Notes: generated by a model from the sequence alone, not told the origin. A DNA stretch of 64,000 bases from Amoebidium appalachense (GCA_963693365.1 CAVNZM010000006.1:9861355-9925354), one strand, 5' to 3'. Shown: positions 1 through 55,241, counted from the stretch's first letter. A program made the numbers and translations.

Positions 1-146
1 GCCCAAAAGCGCAGACAAGGCAATACCGGCACCCCAGTTATCCATTCACCTGTCCACATTGCAACTACACTACCCTGTCAATTCCATGTGCTAGCATACA
101 TACAGGGCTATCTTGTGCTTTAAGGCTGCACGTGGCGCCTACGTAC

Positions 147-43086
<42,940 letters not shown>

Positions 43087-43331
43087 GACGCCTACGCTCA
43101 GAGCAATGGAGCGCCAGACGAAATAATATGAGCTTTAAAGAGTTACAAGGTGTCAGCCAAACACATCATCTCAGGTGCTCACACTGCCTTACATGTATAC
43201 ATACACTGTCTGATTGTGTGTTCAACGTGTGAACATGGCCATACTGATGGACACTGGGCCCGAAAAAGTGAGCACATCTAATTGGTTGTTAGCGCTCCAG
43301 TTTCCCGGGCTAGTCTTATTATCAGCATATC

Positions 43332-43341
43332 ATGACGTCAT
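43332..43341. promoter_or_regulatory. CRE/ATF-type palindrome ATGACGTCAT ~250 bp upstream of the dynein ATG
   Basis: Perfect 10-bp palindrome containing TGACGTCA, the canonical bZIP CRE site. Function not shown. Confidence 0.35.
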
Positions 43342-44906
43342 ACCTATTATATGACAGACTTTTTAGTAGTTTATGTCAAGGTAAACTTTGTTCATATTTT
43401 GAGACTACATTGAGTCCGGGACAACGGGACAACGCCTAGGCCTTCCTAAATAGCACTCCCCCTTGCGCGGTCTGGGGGACCGGGACTCCGAGCTTGAGCC
43501 AACTCGAGCCTTGGCGAGGTCTTGCAGTGGGCAGTTATTTTACGTATACTGTAGTTGGAATTGTTGTTACTGCCACAGAATCTGGTAAGGAAGTCAAAGG
43601 TAGGAATGCTCTTCCTACGTCTTACATTAGGAGCTGTTGTAGTTATAGGGTTGAACACGTGACTGGTACGTGAGAGAAGTTCTAGAGGAACGGGCACGGT
43701 GGGTTCCATTAGATGTAGGCCTAGGGGGAGCCTCGGGGGGGGGGGGGGGGGGGGGGGGGGTTGGCCTCTTCCTTGGAGTTTTTGTTTTTGTGGTCCGTAA
43801 ATGTCCGGCAACTTCCGCTCTTGCCATCGTCCTTCCCCCTCTCTCCCCGCCACCCCCCACCTCCCCTGGTCCCCTACCCCCTCCCAGCCCCCCCCCCCCC
43901 CCCCTCCCCCCCGGCGGTGGAAGAGACGGTGGCAGTGGCAAAAGCACAAAAAGAAACGCTTTAGAAAACCGTTACAACTGCGCAGGTGGAAGAAACCTAA
44001 GCAGGGTCTGGTGTTTATGTCCTCTCGTGTGGAATTCCTATTTATTATAACCCCTCCCATTATTCATTGACAACTGCGCATGCAGCAGACTAGTTGACCC
44101 GTTATCGGGGGCCAACGACGAGCAGGGATGTTTGATGAGCAGCAATCGAAGGGTGGGGATGGGGATAGATACTGCTGTGTGGATAGGGATGTTCGAAGTC
44201 ACACTGTGACGAAAACCTTCAAAGAACGCTGAGTGTAGATCGTGTGGAGGATCACTGACAAACCCTGTTTCAGTTTGCAGTTAGGTTGTCCAAGAATGAT
44301 CAAGGGGTCCAGGTTCAGCTTGTCATACATAAACCCTTTAGCCCAAGTTGCTCAGGAAGGAGGGAGGGGGCTGGTTTTTCTTGGCCTTTCCAGTGTAAAA
44401 GTTGTGTGGTTCACTCGCGGCTGCACCGTGCCGCACTGCATGCTGCTGTCTGTGAGCAGTTTTTGCTCCATACATATACCATACCGTATTAACAGAATTT
44501 CAGTGCTCACTGCCGCGCATTCCTGTATAGGCAAACCACCCTCCCGTTTCCCCCCACCTCAGCCACCGAACCCTACCCTCAACCCCTTCCCCACCCCACC
44601 CCACCCCCTGCGGGTCCCCAGCCATTGAAGGCATGAGAGAGCTGTCCAGAGAAGTTAAGGAGATGCGTTACGGCCACGTTTTGAAGGGGGGGGGGGGGGT
44701 CTTATTTGCGGACGGCAACTGTAACACACATCCCCTTCCTCATGCTTGCATTTATACTGATGTTCGAGAAGGCTTTTTCGCTCACAGGTTGCCTATCTCA
44801 GGCTTGTTGTGGAGCAGGAACCTACAAGCACCAGATATTCTCCAATAGACTTCACCACACCTCTACCGTCTAAAGGTATACCGGGTGGTAACACCACAGC
44901 CATTGT

Positions 44907-45004
44907 GAGTGTTCATCACTCGAGGCTCCGAGCCAAACAACATGAGCCCTTTTAGAGGCTGACTCCGTTACTGAGCTGTGAGCGTTGAGTGGTGAACGTG
45001 ACTC
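44907..45004. ncRNA. ~100-nt imperfect hairpin (candidate structured ncRNA, pre-miRNA-like, or small foldback insertion)
   Basis: GAGTGTTCATCACTCGAGGCTC (44907-44928) pairs with GAGCGTTGAGTGGTGAACGTGACTC (44980-45004) using G-U pairs; inner stem AGCC...GGCT; T run begins at 45033. Confidence 0.35.
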
Positions 45005-46797
45005 TAATTATAACCCATTGTGAGAGTTTCTGTTTTTTTTTGTTTTTTTTTGAATCGACAAGAAAATATATCACCGAAGAAAATCTTCGAATCATGGCCT
45101 ATGAATCGTTGAGGGAGATGGGGAGCACAACGACAAACTTAGATAGTAAGCTGGATTAAATATAATGAACGTATACTACGTAGCCCATGGAAGTGCAACG
45201 CTGCCCTCCCAAAACTGCAACTCTTAAATGATTGTAGGCTCTTGTGTTCAAACTTTAAGAAGGTGAGAAAAGTGGCCTTCGTGGTGGCCTCGGCCCCAAG
45301 CTTGTCCCGCTAGACCCGTGCAGTTTGACATGGGCACGTGTACGTTAACTTCGAACGCAAGGTGTTTTGGGTGAACTTCGCGCGATCGCGGCTCGTGATC
45401 AAGTCCTCGGCAACACACCAGTACACTGTAAAACGACTATGAGTAGGGGAGAAGTTTCCGGCATCCCACGGTGTTAAGTACCTCATTCGAGCTCGAGATC
45501 CGAGCAAGGAAAGGGCCTCAGCTGGTTTCAGCCGCTTGGTTGCACACACGCGTACGCGTGTACATTGTCTGAACTCTGCAGCTGCATCGATGTCTGAGAC
45601 TCTGAAGTGGGCGAAACTTCAGTGTAATCCAGGGGGACAGGAGCCAGGCCAGTGCCTCACATACAGAATGGGAAATGGTGAACAAAAGTGTCCTAGTAAA
45701 CAAGTAGTGAACTAAAGTACCGATGTAAATGGATTAATTGGTTTTTGATTTGTATTTAATGTTTTAAACATACCTCTAGGTCTAAAACTGTCATGCTAAA
45801 GAATGACCAGATGTATTTGAGTTTATTAGCCAATGAAGAAGAGGCTCAGGCAGAACGCAGTTCCTATTGGCCTAAAGCTCACCAAAAATGTTGTCCCCGG
45901 GCCGAAGAGTCTGGCGAAGAGCCGAAGACTCGGAGGTTCAGAGAAGGCTATGAGAGGCAGGGCCAAACTAGGCTAATAGCGGCACTTATAGAGCATGGCT
46001 CTATTTTTCCTCCCCTTGATTTAAATTCAAAGAAACCCTGAAATTTGCATGGGAGACTCGTGTGCTTAACCATGCAACGCCTGAATGTACTGTTACGCCT
46101 CGTTGGGAGACAGGGCTGCCATCCTCCTAGACTACCGTGCAAGTTATGATGATCCTATAGGCTTACCTTAGCCAATAGGAATAGCTATCCAGTTTTCTTT
46201 TGCAGCAAGGTGAGGCGGTCTGGGCAACAAAAAAAAAGCACATCAGAAAAGCAAGAAGTACTTTGCTTGGACGCACCCAGGCAAAGGTAACATCGTGCCC
46301 AAACGTACTCTTCTCTGGTACCTAAACAGAAGCAGATAAAGTCTATGACCTCAAGCTAAGGCTGAAGTCGTACGTTTGGCAGTTCAGTTACACGCGAGTA
46401 GAGTTTCAGCATCACCTCCCAGTGATCCAACTATCCGATGATCTCAGTTATCTTCCTATCGGTTCTTCTTGACAAAAGAGGCATATGTGTATGGAGTAGG
46501 TTTCCGTATGGCTTTGTGTTTACCGAAGGCGAGAACTCTTATTGCAACTTTTTTTGCCGTGAGAGTCTCACTTCGAAACCTAAGTCCACCGTGACATCCA
46601 TTGTACGTGTCCTTTAAAGCACCACTCAGTGTACACTAACTCTAAAACGTCTGTCGAGAGAGTCTGAGCCTTTTGGATTGCCTCAACCTGAAGCCCATTT
46701 AGTTATTCTTACTAATGTTTATGCTCGTCTCGTCCGAACCGCGACCCCACCTGCGTGCTTTCAACCCCGGCACGGGATCCACAGCAACCCCCACACC

Positions 46798-47524
46798 ATG
46801 TCCCAGCGATCATACAGTTACCATGTCTACCAGCCGCTTGCACGCACACGCACCGGACGCTTCATTGATCTAGACAAGGGCCGGGAGAAAGACAGACACA
46901 AAGACGCAGAGACATTCCGAGCACCCAGCCCGGACGAACAAGTCACTAGGAAACGGCGCGTGTCGGAGTCGGCGGTGGGAAACAAAGCCGGAGGTGAGGG
47001 GTTTGGGGAGGTCAGCAGTCAGCTGTTTGCTGCAACACACCAGGTAAGCAGAGGGGCAAAGAACTTGTGTGTGTGAAAGGGTTGTGGCTGCCACTGGTCC
47101 TGGTGCCTAGATAAGAGAATTGAGTGCTGTCTTTGAGCTGAGTGTTCGCCTTCACGAACAAGATACTAAAGCATGTTGGTGGCAGTTTTCTTACACAAAG
47201 GGGTGTACGAACACATACTTTGCAGCAAATACTGATAGAGGTTTGGGCGTGAAACTATATGGATGGGTTGAGGCAGAACTCAACTGATTGATCCCTTAGA
47301 AATTTCTTTTCGATTCACTTGCTCTTCAGTTGCTCATCTCTTCTTCTGCCTTCGCTCACTGCTGCCACCACTTGTTTTCTCCCTGTACCCTCTAATGCCT
47401 GGACCTCACTTCATTTTACACTCAGCATCCCACTTTCCTATGTTACGTTCTTGCAACTTTCTTCCTGCATTCTATCACTTTGTTTACTTTTTGATTTTGC
47501 TACTTTGCCTACCCTTCCCCCCCC

Positions 47525-47605
<81 letters not shown>

Positions 47606-49564
47606 CCCCCCCCCCCCCCCCCCCCCTCTCTCTCCCTCTCACTCTCTCTCTCTATCTCCCCCTCTCCCTCTCTCTCTCTCTCTCTCTTTCTCTCTCTTTT
47701 CCCCCCTCCGCCCCCCCTCCCTTTCTTTATTCGCTGCACATTTGGCTAGTCTAGGAGTCCGAGGCCCACACGAAGCTTCCTTCTCCACGATTCTTCGTCT
47801 GTCTCCCTTGTCTCTTCTAACTCCCCTGTTTCTCACCCTTTGGTCTCCCTTGCTTGTATCCATAGCCCACTTTTGCCTTCTCCCGTTAGTCTTTCCCTCC
47901 CTTTCTCCCACTCGTTGTAATGGTTTTCTCCGTCTCCCGATGTGCGGGACCCTGTCGATTAAACATCCCTGCCACATCATATGATCTGCTACACATATCT
48001 CTACATATCTCTTTCTGTATGGTGTCCCTGATAGTCAACCATGTTCCTAACGTTTCTCAGCCCCTCCCTCCCCCCCCCCCCCCCCCCCCCCCCCCACCCC
48101 CCAAACTTGTGTACTGTGGATAAACTCTGCTTATTTGCATACTCTTTGTGTGGTTTCCACTCTGAGTTATACTTTATAAAACATTCTAACCCCCTCTTCC
48201 CCGCTCTCCGCTCCGTTTTGCCTTCTGTTGGACCTTGCAAGCCTGTTATCACTCTCCTAGATACCTCGTTCTGTAGCAATGTTTTTGGTCGCTATCTGTT
48301 TTGCCGGTACCTTGCTGCACAGCCTCTCTCTTTCCCTCTCTCTCCCCGACTCCCCATTCCTTCCTCTCCCTCCCTCCAATCAAAAGGGAACGTGTGGAGG
48401 TTCTCTCCAATTCACTTCAGAGAGTACACACACGAAGGCGGGGGGGCAGGGGGAGGGCATTCGCACAACAGAACCTCACTATCCCCGCAATTCATTTCTG
48501 CCTGCAGCATAATCCACTTACACGTAGGGCACGGGCAGGCCATTCTCCAAGAGCAGGCACAACGGGCAGCAAAAGTTGTGGCACCTCGACCAGGCCCCAA
48601 CCAGCGGTTCGTTTACGCAAAATTCAACGTCAACGGCACAAAGGAGAGAGGCCGTCGCAACTCCCTATCCCACACCCCGGTTTCACCCCCAGCGACGCTA
48701 GCATCTACACAAACAACACCCCCAGCCCCGCGTGTCGCCCAATTTTCACCGCGCACGCTTGCGCCTGCACACGTCACACACTTTCCCACCTCTCTGCCCA
48801 CAGCCACTACCCCAGAGGGAGGGCCAACAGGGATGAGCCATGGCATGCAAGGGGCCAGTGGGCCCGTGAAGACAGAGAGCGGCATGGTGGGGGCATATGA
48901 CGGCAACTATGCGGCCCTGATGGGCTCACTGTGGCCCCATTCATATGACGGCATGACACTGATGGCTACAGCAAGTGCTGGGTACGTCCTGCTGTATTCC
49001 ACCACATACTGTCACACACACACCCTCACCCCCTGCCTCTCCCTTTCGTCCCCTCCTCTGCCTCTCCCTTTATCTGCCCTACCGGCCTTTCCTCTCACTT
49101 TCTGTTACTGCTAGCCCCACTTCTCACACTGACAAGAGAGGAAGGGGGGAGGGAGGGGAAATGGGGGGGGGGGGGGGGGAAGGGGGGAGGAGGAGGGGCG
49201 GGCTAAATGGATGACATTACTAGGAATGGTGACCGGATGGTAGAGGAAGAGCATGCATGGAGACAAAGGGAGTCAAGGAGATGAAGAGAGGGAGGGAGAG
49301 CAAGGGTTTAGAGGGAATGGTGAAAAGAAAGAGAGCAAGGGAGATGGAGGGAGGGAGAGCAAAGGTTTAGAGGGAAAGAAAGAGGGCAAGGGAGATGGAG
49401 GGAGGGAGAGATGCGAGAGAGACAGAAAGGGAGGGGGGGTTGAGGGGGGGTTGGGGAGGGGAGAGGGGGGAATATTATGGGCGTAGACATGCAATGTTTG
49501 CGCGTCTGCTTTATGTTTTTGTTGGTTCGGCACGGATTTTGTTATTTTTTGGCGGTGTTTCTTC

Positions 49565-49611
<47 letters not shown>

Positions 49612-49613
49612 CC

Positions 49614-49653
<40 letters not shown>

Positions 49654-50325
49654 ATGTGCCCGTAAATTTGTGTGTGTTAGAGCGAGAGAGTGTGTGTGTA
49701 TAGGTTTGTGTATGGTGCCGGTAGTGGTGGTTGGGGTGGGGGGGGGGGGGGGGTAATGTTAAGGTGTGGCAGTTGGTTTGGTGGGTGTCAAATCAAATGC
49801 CCATACTGACCAGTGGCTGGCTGCAGGGCGACAATGGACATGACCCTGCCCCCCTTACTGCCACCATTCAGCATGCAGACCGCATTCACCTTCCCCTTCA
49901 CCCAACCCTATGCCCAGCACACAGACACCACATCCACCACTGCACCGCTATCCATGGCCAGTGATATGCTCACGGTGTCAGGTGAAGACACAGACACAAA
50001 CAACAGCACCCCAGCCACCATGTCCACCCCAACCTCACCACCCATCCCTACTGCCTCCTCGGCAACTGTGCCAATCCCGCCAAAGACAGTTCTTTCGGAC
50101 GAAAACGACCCGTTTTTGTATCTCAATTTGGCGGGGGAGAGGGGCCTGGCTGAAAATCAGCCGGAATGGAATATGGATGACGTGGTGGTGATGGAGAAGA
50201 ATGGGGATGATTCGCCTGGATTGGTGTTTGAGCTCAGTGGTGACGGCGAAAGCGGCTACGATGATTGGGCGTTTTCGGCCGTGGCTGCGCCTACCCACGA
50301 CCATGCATTGGATATGCAAATCTGA
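46798..50325 (+). CDS. Hypothetical low-complexity protein, ~395 aa, 3 exons (46798-47043, 48539-48981, 49827-50325)
   Basis: ACC-ATG start; donors CAG|GTAAGC and GG|GTACGT; acceptors GGGCAG and CTGCAG, with branch-like TACTGAC at 49804. The phases join to 1188 nt ending in TGA. Basic patches (RKRR, KERGRRNS), a P/T-rich middle and an acidic C-terminus; no recognisable domain. An alternative phase-1 join (donor ~46993, acceptor 48527) is also possible. Confidence 0.6.
47511..47730 (+). repeat. Long (CT)n/poly-C pyrimidine tract in intron 1 of the orphan gene
   Basis: Near-pure pyrimidine strand over ~220 bp. Confidence 0.85.
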
Positions 50326-50450
50326 GCCTGCCACGATCTTCCTCGTTTCTGCAGTAGCACACTTTTCGTGTAGTGTTATTTATCCCCCCCGTCCCCCCCT
50401 CTCCACCCTGCCCCCCCCCCCCCCCCCCCCCCCCCCAATCCCCCCCCCCC

Positions 50451-50484
<34 letters not shown>

Positions 50485-50634
50485 TCCCCCCTTCTCCTCC
50501 GTTCTCTGTCTGTGGCTTTCAAAGTTTCGAGTTTGATATGGGTTGAATTGATTGCTCTGGTTTGGTTTGCCTTGTAATGTTATGATTAGTCTCTTAGTTC
50601 GTACATTTTGACGACTGGCCCTCATTTTCTTTTT

Positions 50635-50667
<33 letters not shown>

Positions 50668-51491
50668 GGGGGGGGGGGGTCTCTCACCTCGGGCGCAACT
50701 TGCTTTTTTGACGCTTCCGGCCATTGTGATATTTGCATCTGTGAATTAGGATAAGATTTCACATTGCATTTTTTATCACGGATATTCAAGCAGACAGTCC
50801 GATGATACACATAAGCACGCTAGGCAACAACCAAAACGTACGCGCGGCACATTCCAGAATGCATGGGACGCACCCACAGTTTACTGCAAGCCAAAGACAT
50901 GTGTACGTACATTAAGATTTTATAGGAATGGGCATGGCAACATTACTACTACTTTGTTACCGTGGGCTATCCACATATATAATGTTCTTTCTCTCATGGT
51001 CTCTCTCCAAGCCCTATCTAGATAAGAGAAGCGACGCAATAAGACTCCACCTTTAGGTTTATATTAATAGATTGGCCATGAATACAGGCCACGGTATAGT
51101 TCCATCTTATTTGACGACCTATATATTAAAGCTATTGCCACACCGTGCATGTCAGTGGACCGTGTTGCCCGTACGGTAAATGTAAATCACAAACCCTTTT
51201 TTACGTCATCACAATCTTCTCTTGAATGGTTGTGTCTAATTAAAAAAAAAAAAAGAGATTGGCTTTATGGTTATTCAAAGCCGGTGACCGTCTCTTCACG
51301 CGTGTCCTCATAGACTGGGATGTCTAGACTCATCTCTCTCAGCTCTCTCTCGTGCTCTCTCTTCCCCTTTCCCTGTCTCTCTCCCTCCCTCACTCACTCA
51401 GGTCTCTATCCTTTCGAAGACCTCCTCTCTCTTGTATTAACTTTTGAACTCGCTTAGGCTCTCTCTCTCTCCCCCCCCCCCCCCCCCCCCC

Positions 51492-51530
<39 letters not shown>

Positions 51531-51592
51531 CATATATGTATATATATATATATATATGTATGTATATATAATATGATGTGTGGCGCTATGCC

Positions 51593-51636
<44 letters not shown>

Positions 51637-51980
51637 CCCCCCCCCCCCCCCCCCTCTCTCTCTCTTTCTCGAGTACCCCGACCTCTTCCCAGTGGCCCCA
51701 TCCCCCCCTCCCCCCCACGTCCCTCCCTCCCTCCGATCCCCACCTCCCCCCATCCCCTCCTAGCCTATCCAGGCCTGGCGGGGGTTGCCCCCAGTACAAG
51801 TTCCAAGCTGCAGGCCGATCATGTGCGAAACCATTGCACTCAGTCACTCATTTAGTCACCGTCAAGTACGTAAATATAAACGTTTGCGCGTGCACAACAG
51901 TGCAGACGCTAAAAGGTTAGGTGGGACTGAAACCGTGACTTTCAGACATACTACAAGGGCCTGAATCCGATTGTGGCAGA

Positions 51981-52286
51981 TGTCGAACAGGATAGCCATC
52001 CGGTATGCCCTGCGTTAGCGTAGCACTAGTGATCGGGAATATTCGAGATATTCGGGATAAACTGGTGGATAGGTTCACGATAGATCAGGATAGATCTAGA
52101 AGAGTCTAGAAGATTCTATTGGAGTGTTTTGATTGGTAGCGACTAGATCCACAGCGGCGGGTAGACCAATCGGGAATAGTATGTAACATTCCAGTTAGCC
52201 AGACCACAAGTATATAAAGGTCCCGGCAGGCCAGTCAATGTAAGTCAGCAAATAATAAAGTCTCACAGAGAAACCTCTAAGTTACG
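51981..52286 (+). repeat. 5' LTR
   Basis: Matches 55242-55547 except G/A at 52220 and the terminal base (GTTACG vs GTTACA); TATATAAA at 52211 and AATAAA at 52254. Confidence 0.96.
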
Positions 52287-52299
52287 GTTATGGGCCCAG
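52286..52299 (+). other. Primer-binding site GGTTATGGGCCCAG, complementary to the anticodon-arm region of initiator tRNA-Met (half-tRNA priming)
   Basis: Directly follows the 5' LTR and lacks the usual TGG start. It matches the internal tRNA-iMet sequence CTGGGCCCATAACC, as used by Drosophila copia and (in similar form) yeast Ty5. Confidence 0.85.
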
Positions 52300-52333
52300 T
52301 GCAACGCTACGATCAAGCGACTGTTGAGACAAG

Positions 52334-53491
52334 ATGGGAAGAGCAAAATGTCCAGTTCCCATGTATGAAGGAGAAGGCAAGGGCAAAATCTCCTACTCAA
52401 TGTGGGCCATGCGCATGAAGTGCTTCCTCGAGGGCGAGGAATTATGGTACACGATTGAAGACGTGGCTCCTGAAGTGATAGGAGAGGACGGCGAACCGGT
52501 GGAGCAACCTCCGGTGGAGATCGACCCCTTGGATCAGAAGAAGGCGACTTCCTACCTGGTGGAGACACTAGGTGATGTACCTGCAAGCCTGTGTCGGCGA
52601 GCTATTGCCGTAGGAAATCCCAAGGACATATGGGATACGGTAGCATCATACGCTGCGCGCAACACAGATGAGCACAAGAGAATGTTGATTCAACAGTTCT
52701 GGCGTGCTGATATGATGCCGACGGAAAGCGTGCTGGAGTATGCGGCCCGCCTGGAGTGCATTGTGCAGGATCTTCTTCATATCGATCCCAATGGAGTTAG
52801 TGAGGACATGGTTGCCGAGAAATTCCTGGACGGTGTAGGCGCTGACGACCGATTCCGCACCGACGTTAGGACCATTCAAGCTTTACCAGCAGCTGAGAAG
52901 ACAATGGAAAAGATAATCGCCAAGCTGCGTGGTTTTGAGGAGAACGAGGCTGCAAGGGAACAGCAGCGGGTGATGATGACCAGCACCCAATGGCGCGGCG
53001 GTACGCCACGACAGGACACCGGCAAGCCGCGCGTGACTGACATATCCAAGGTGGAGTGTTACAAATGTCACAAGTTTGGGCACTACAAGTCACAGTGTCC
53101 AAAGAAGAAGAAGGGCGGCAATCGCGGCGACAAGGCGAAGCAGAACGGAGCTTCCAAGGAGATACTCGCCATGGCGGTAAACAGCGGACTCCCTTCTTCA
53201 ACTGAGTGGTATTGGGACTGCGGCGCAACCTCCCATGTCACATGCCGAAAGGACTGGATGGAAGACTTCCGGTCGATCACACCCAAACCCGTCGCTCTGG
53301 GTAACACCCCGGGTGTGATGGCGCTAGGAATAGGCGTCGTAAGATTAACAAGTGAGTTCCAGGGCAACAGCATGACATTTAGACTGCAGAATGTGCTGTA
53401 CGTGCCAGCATTTGGAACTAACGTGATGTCGGCTTCAAGCGCCGGCAAGCACGGGTTAAGAGGCATCACCGACGGGACAGTGTACGATTGA
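52334..53491 (+). CDS. gag: Copia Gag (CCHC zinc knuckle) plus aspartic protease
   Basis: YSMWAMRMKCFLEGEELW N-terminus, CYKCHKFGHYKSQC knuckle, WYWDCGATSHVT protease motif, LQNVLYVP...NVMS. Homology continues in the +1 frame after ~53474. Confidence 0.93.
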   Translation: MGRAKCPVPMYEGEGKGKISYSMWAMRMKCFLEGEELWYTIEDVAPEVIGEDGEPVEQPPVEIDPLDQKKATSYLVETLGDVPASLCRRAIAVGNPKDIWDTVASYAARNTDEHKRMLIQQFWRADMMPTESVLEYAARLECIVQDLLHIDPNGVSEDMVAEKFLDGVGADDRFRTDVRTIQALPAAEKTMEKIIAKLRGFEENEAAREQQRVMMTSTQWRGGTPRQDTGKPRVTDISKVECYKCHKFGHYKSQCPKKKKGGNRGDKAKQNGASKEILAMAVNSGLPSSTEWYWDCGATSHVTCRKDWMEDFRSITPKPVALGNTPGVMALGIGVVRLTSEFQGNSMTFRLQNVLYVPAFGTNVMSASSAGKHGLRGITDGTVYD

Positions 53492-54940
53492 GAGTGCCAC
53501 AGATGGCCAAGTTGTGGCCCGTGGGGTAGTGGAGGGAGGCCTGTATCGTCTCCTAGTGAAACCCGTATGTGAGAGCGTGAACATGGTGACCACTGCAGTC
53601 GGCAGCAGTGGGGGTAACACCGTGTGTGAGCCGGTAAAGGGCAGCGCCAGTTTATGGCACCGGCGGTTTGGTCATGTGGCAATAAACACGCTACAGAAGA
53701 TGGTTAAAGAAAACATCGTCGAGGGTCTGTGCATCGACTGCAAAACCCAGGATGACGGTGTGTGCGAGGGATGCGCGAGAGGGAAGCAAGCCCGGCTCTC
53801 TTTCAGTAAGCTACCCCGCAAGACAGCGCCAGCGAAGCTCGACAGAGTTCATTCTGATGTGGCAGGACCGTTCAACAAGGAGTCGCTGCAAGGTTCCAAG
53901 TATTATGTCACCTTCATCGACGACAAGACAAGGTTCACTACGGTGTACTTCATGAAACATAAATCCCAAGTGCATACTTACTTCAAGAAGTACAAGGCAC
54001 ACGTAGAGAAGCAACACGGTGCCAGCATCAAGATTCTGCGTTCCGACAACGGGGGTGAGTACACCTCCACTGAGTTCAAGTCGTTCCTGGAAGCGTGCGG
54101 CATTGAACATGAGGCGACAGTCCCTTACACACCAGAGCAGAATGGTGTAGCAGAGAGGGCTAACAGGACCATTGTCGAGACGGCGCGCTGCATGCTGCAG
54201 TCAGCAGGCATGAGTATGGGGTTCTGGCAGCTAGCAGTACAGGCAGCTGTGTACATCAAGAACCTGACGCCAACCACAGTACTGGGTGGCATGACACCTT
54301 GGGAGGCATGGTATGGAGAGAAGCCCGATGTTAGCCATCTACGTGTATTTGGTAGCAAGGCATTTGTCCATGTGCCGAAGGACGAGCGCAGGAAGCTAGA
54401 CGCCAAGAGTCGGGAGTGTAAATTCGTCGGCTACACAGGTGACAGCAAGACGTACTTGTTGTGGGACACCGAGGCGCGCAAGACTATCGTCGGGCGAGAT
54501 GTGGTGATCGATGAATCATGCACCCCAAAGGCCGGTATTCCGGTGGTGCAAGATGAGCCAATGGAATTGCTGATGCATAAGCCAATCGGAAATCAACAGA
54601 GCTTGGAATCGAGGAATCCAATCAGCGTCAAGAAGCAACATTCCTTTCGGAAGCCTGCAATCGGCACTGACAGTGGATATGATTCAGATGCTATCGGCGA
54701 CGGCGCGGGCGAGGACAGCGGCGATTCGGACGCGGCAGGGTCAGGAGACGAGGAAGATAGTGCAGAGTTGCAGGTTGCAACCAGAAGTGCCTATCCGTCT
54801 ATGACTACAAGGCGCGGTGGGACCTACGGCATCAACGCAGGTGTAGTAGAGTACCGCGACAGTATCAGCATGGCAATTGAGAGTGCTGATAGCAATGAGG
54901 ATGACCCTGTGACACTGGAAGAAGCAATCTCCAGGCCAGC
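53475..54940 (+). CDS. pol: Copia integrase (GAG-pre-integrase HHCC, rve DDE core, SH3-like domain)
   Basis: LWHRRFGH, CEGC, VHSDVAGP, FIDD, LRSDNGGEY, PEQNGVAERANRT, FGSKAFVHVPK...KLDAKSRECKFVGY, ending in the pre-RT motif DPVTLEEA. Confidence 0.95.
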
Positions 54941-55108
54941 ATCAAACACATCGACGTTCAGTACCACTACACCCGTGAGTGTGTGGAGAATGGGGATGTA
55001 GAACTTGTGTATTGCAGCACGAACAGTAACGTGGCCGACATGTGCACCAAAGCTTTAGGGAGACTTAAGTTAGTGCAGCATCGGCAGGCCATCGGCATGG
55101 CTGAGTAA
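54941..55108 (+). pseudogene. C-terminal remnant of copia RNase H, fused out of frame behind integrase
   Basis: Alternative frame reads IKHIDVQYHYTRECVENGDVELVYCSTNSNVADMCTKALGRLKLVQHRQAIGMAE*, the KHIDxxYH...ADxxTK end of copia RNase H; no YVDD RT motif is present in the element. Confidence 0.9.
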
Positions 55109-55230
55109 GAACTACAATTAGTGTAGTGTTAATGTTCGTGTAGTAGGTGTTATATGTGTTAGTATAGTAGCATAGTTTTAGAGTTGCATCTTAGGTTTAG
55201 GTTGCATGCGGTAGATAGATAGAACACAGT

Positions 55231-55241
55231 GCAAGTGGGGG
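55231..55241 (+). other. Polypurine tract
   Basis: GCAAGTGGGGG immediately 5' of the 3' LTR TG. Confidence 0.7.

Noticed and set aside
44132-44233. Possible box C/D snoRNA (TGATGA at 44133, CTGA at 44229)
   Set aside because: No terminal stem and no guide I can match to rRNA; such short motifs occur by chance.
44944-44962. U5 snRNA loop I similarity (GCCCTTTTAG)
   Set aside because: Does not match the invariant GCCTTTTAC loop and there is no convincing Sm site; kept only as part of the unassigned hairpin.
45250-45710. Decayed coding remnant; HGHVYVNFER faintly recalls the PIF1/Helitron helicase motif HGQLYVALSR
   Set aside because: Several stops, no upstream KSQG motif, and the similarity is too short to support without a profile search.
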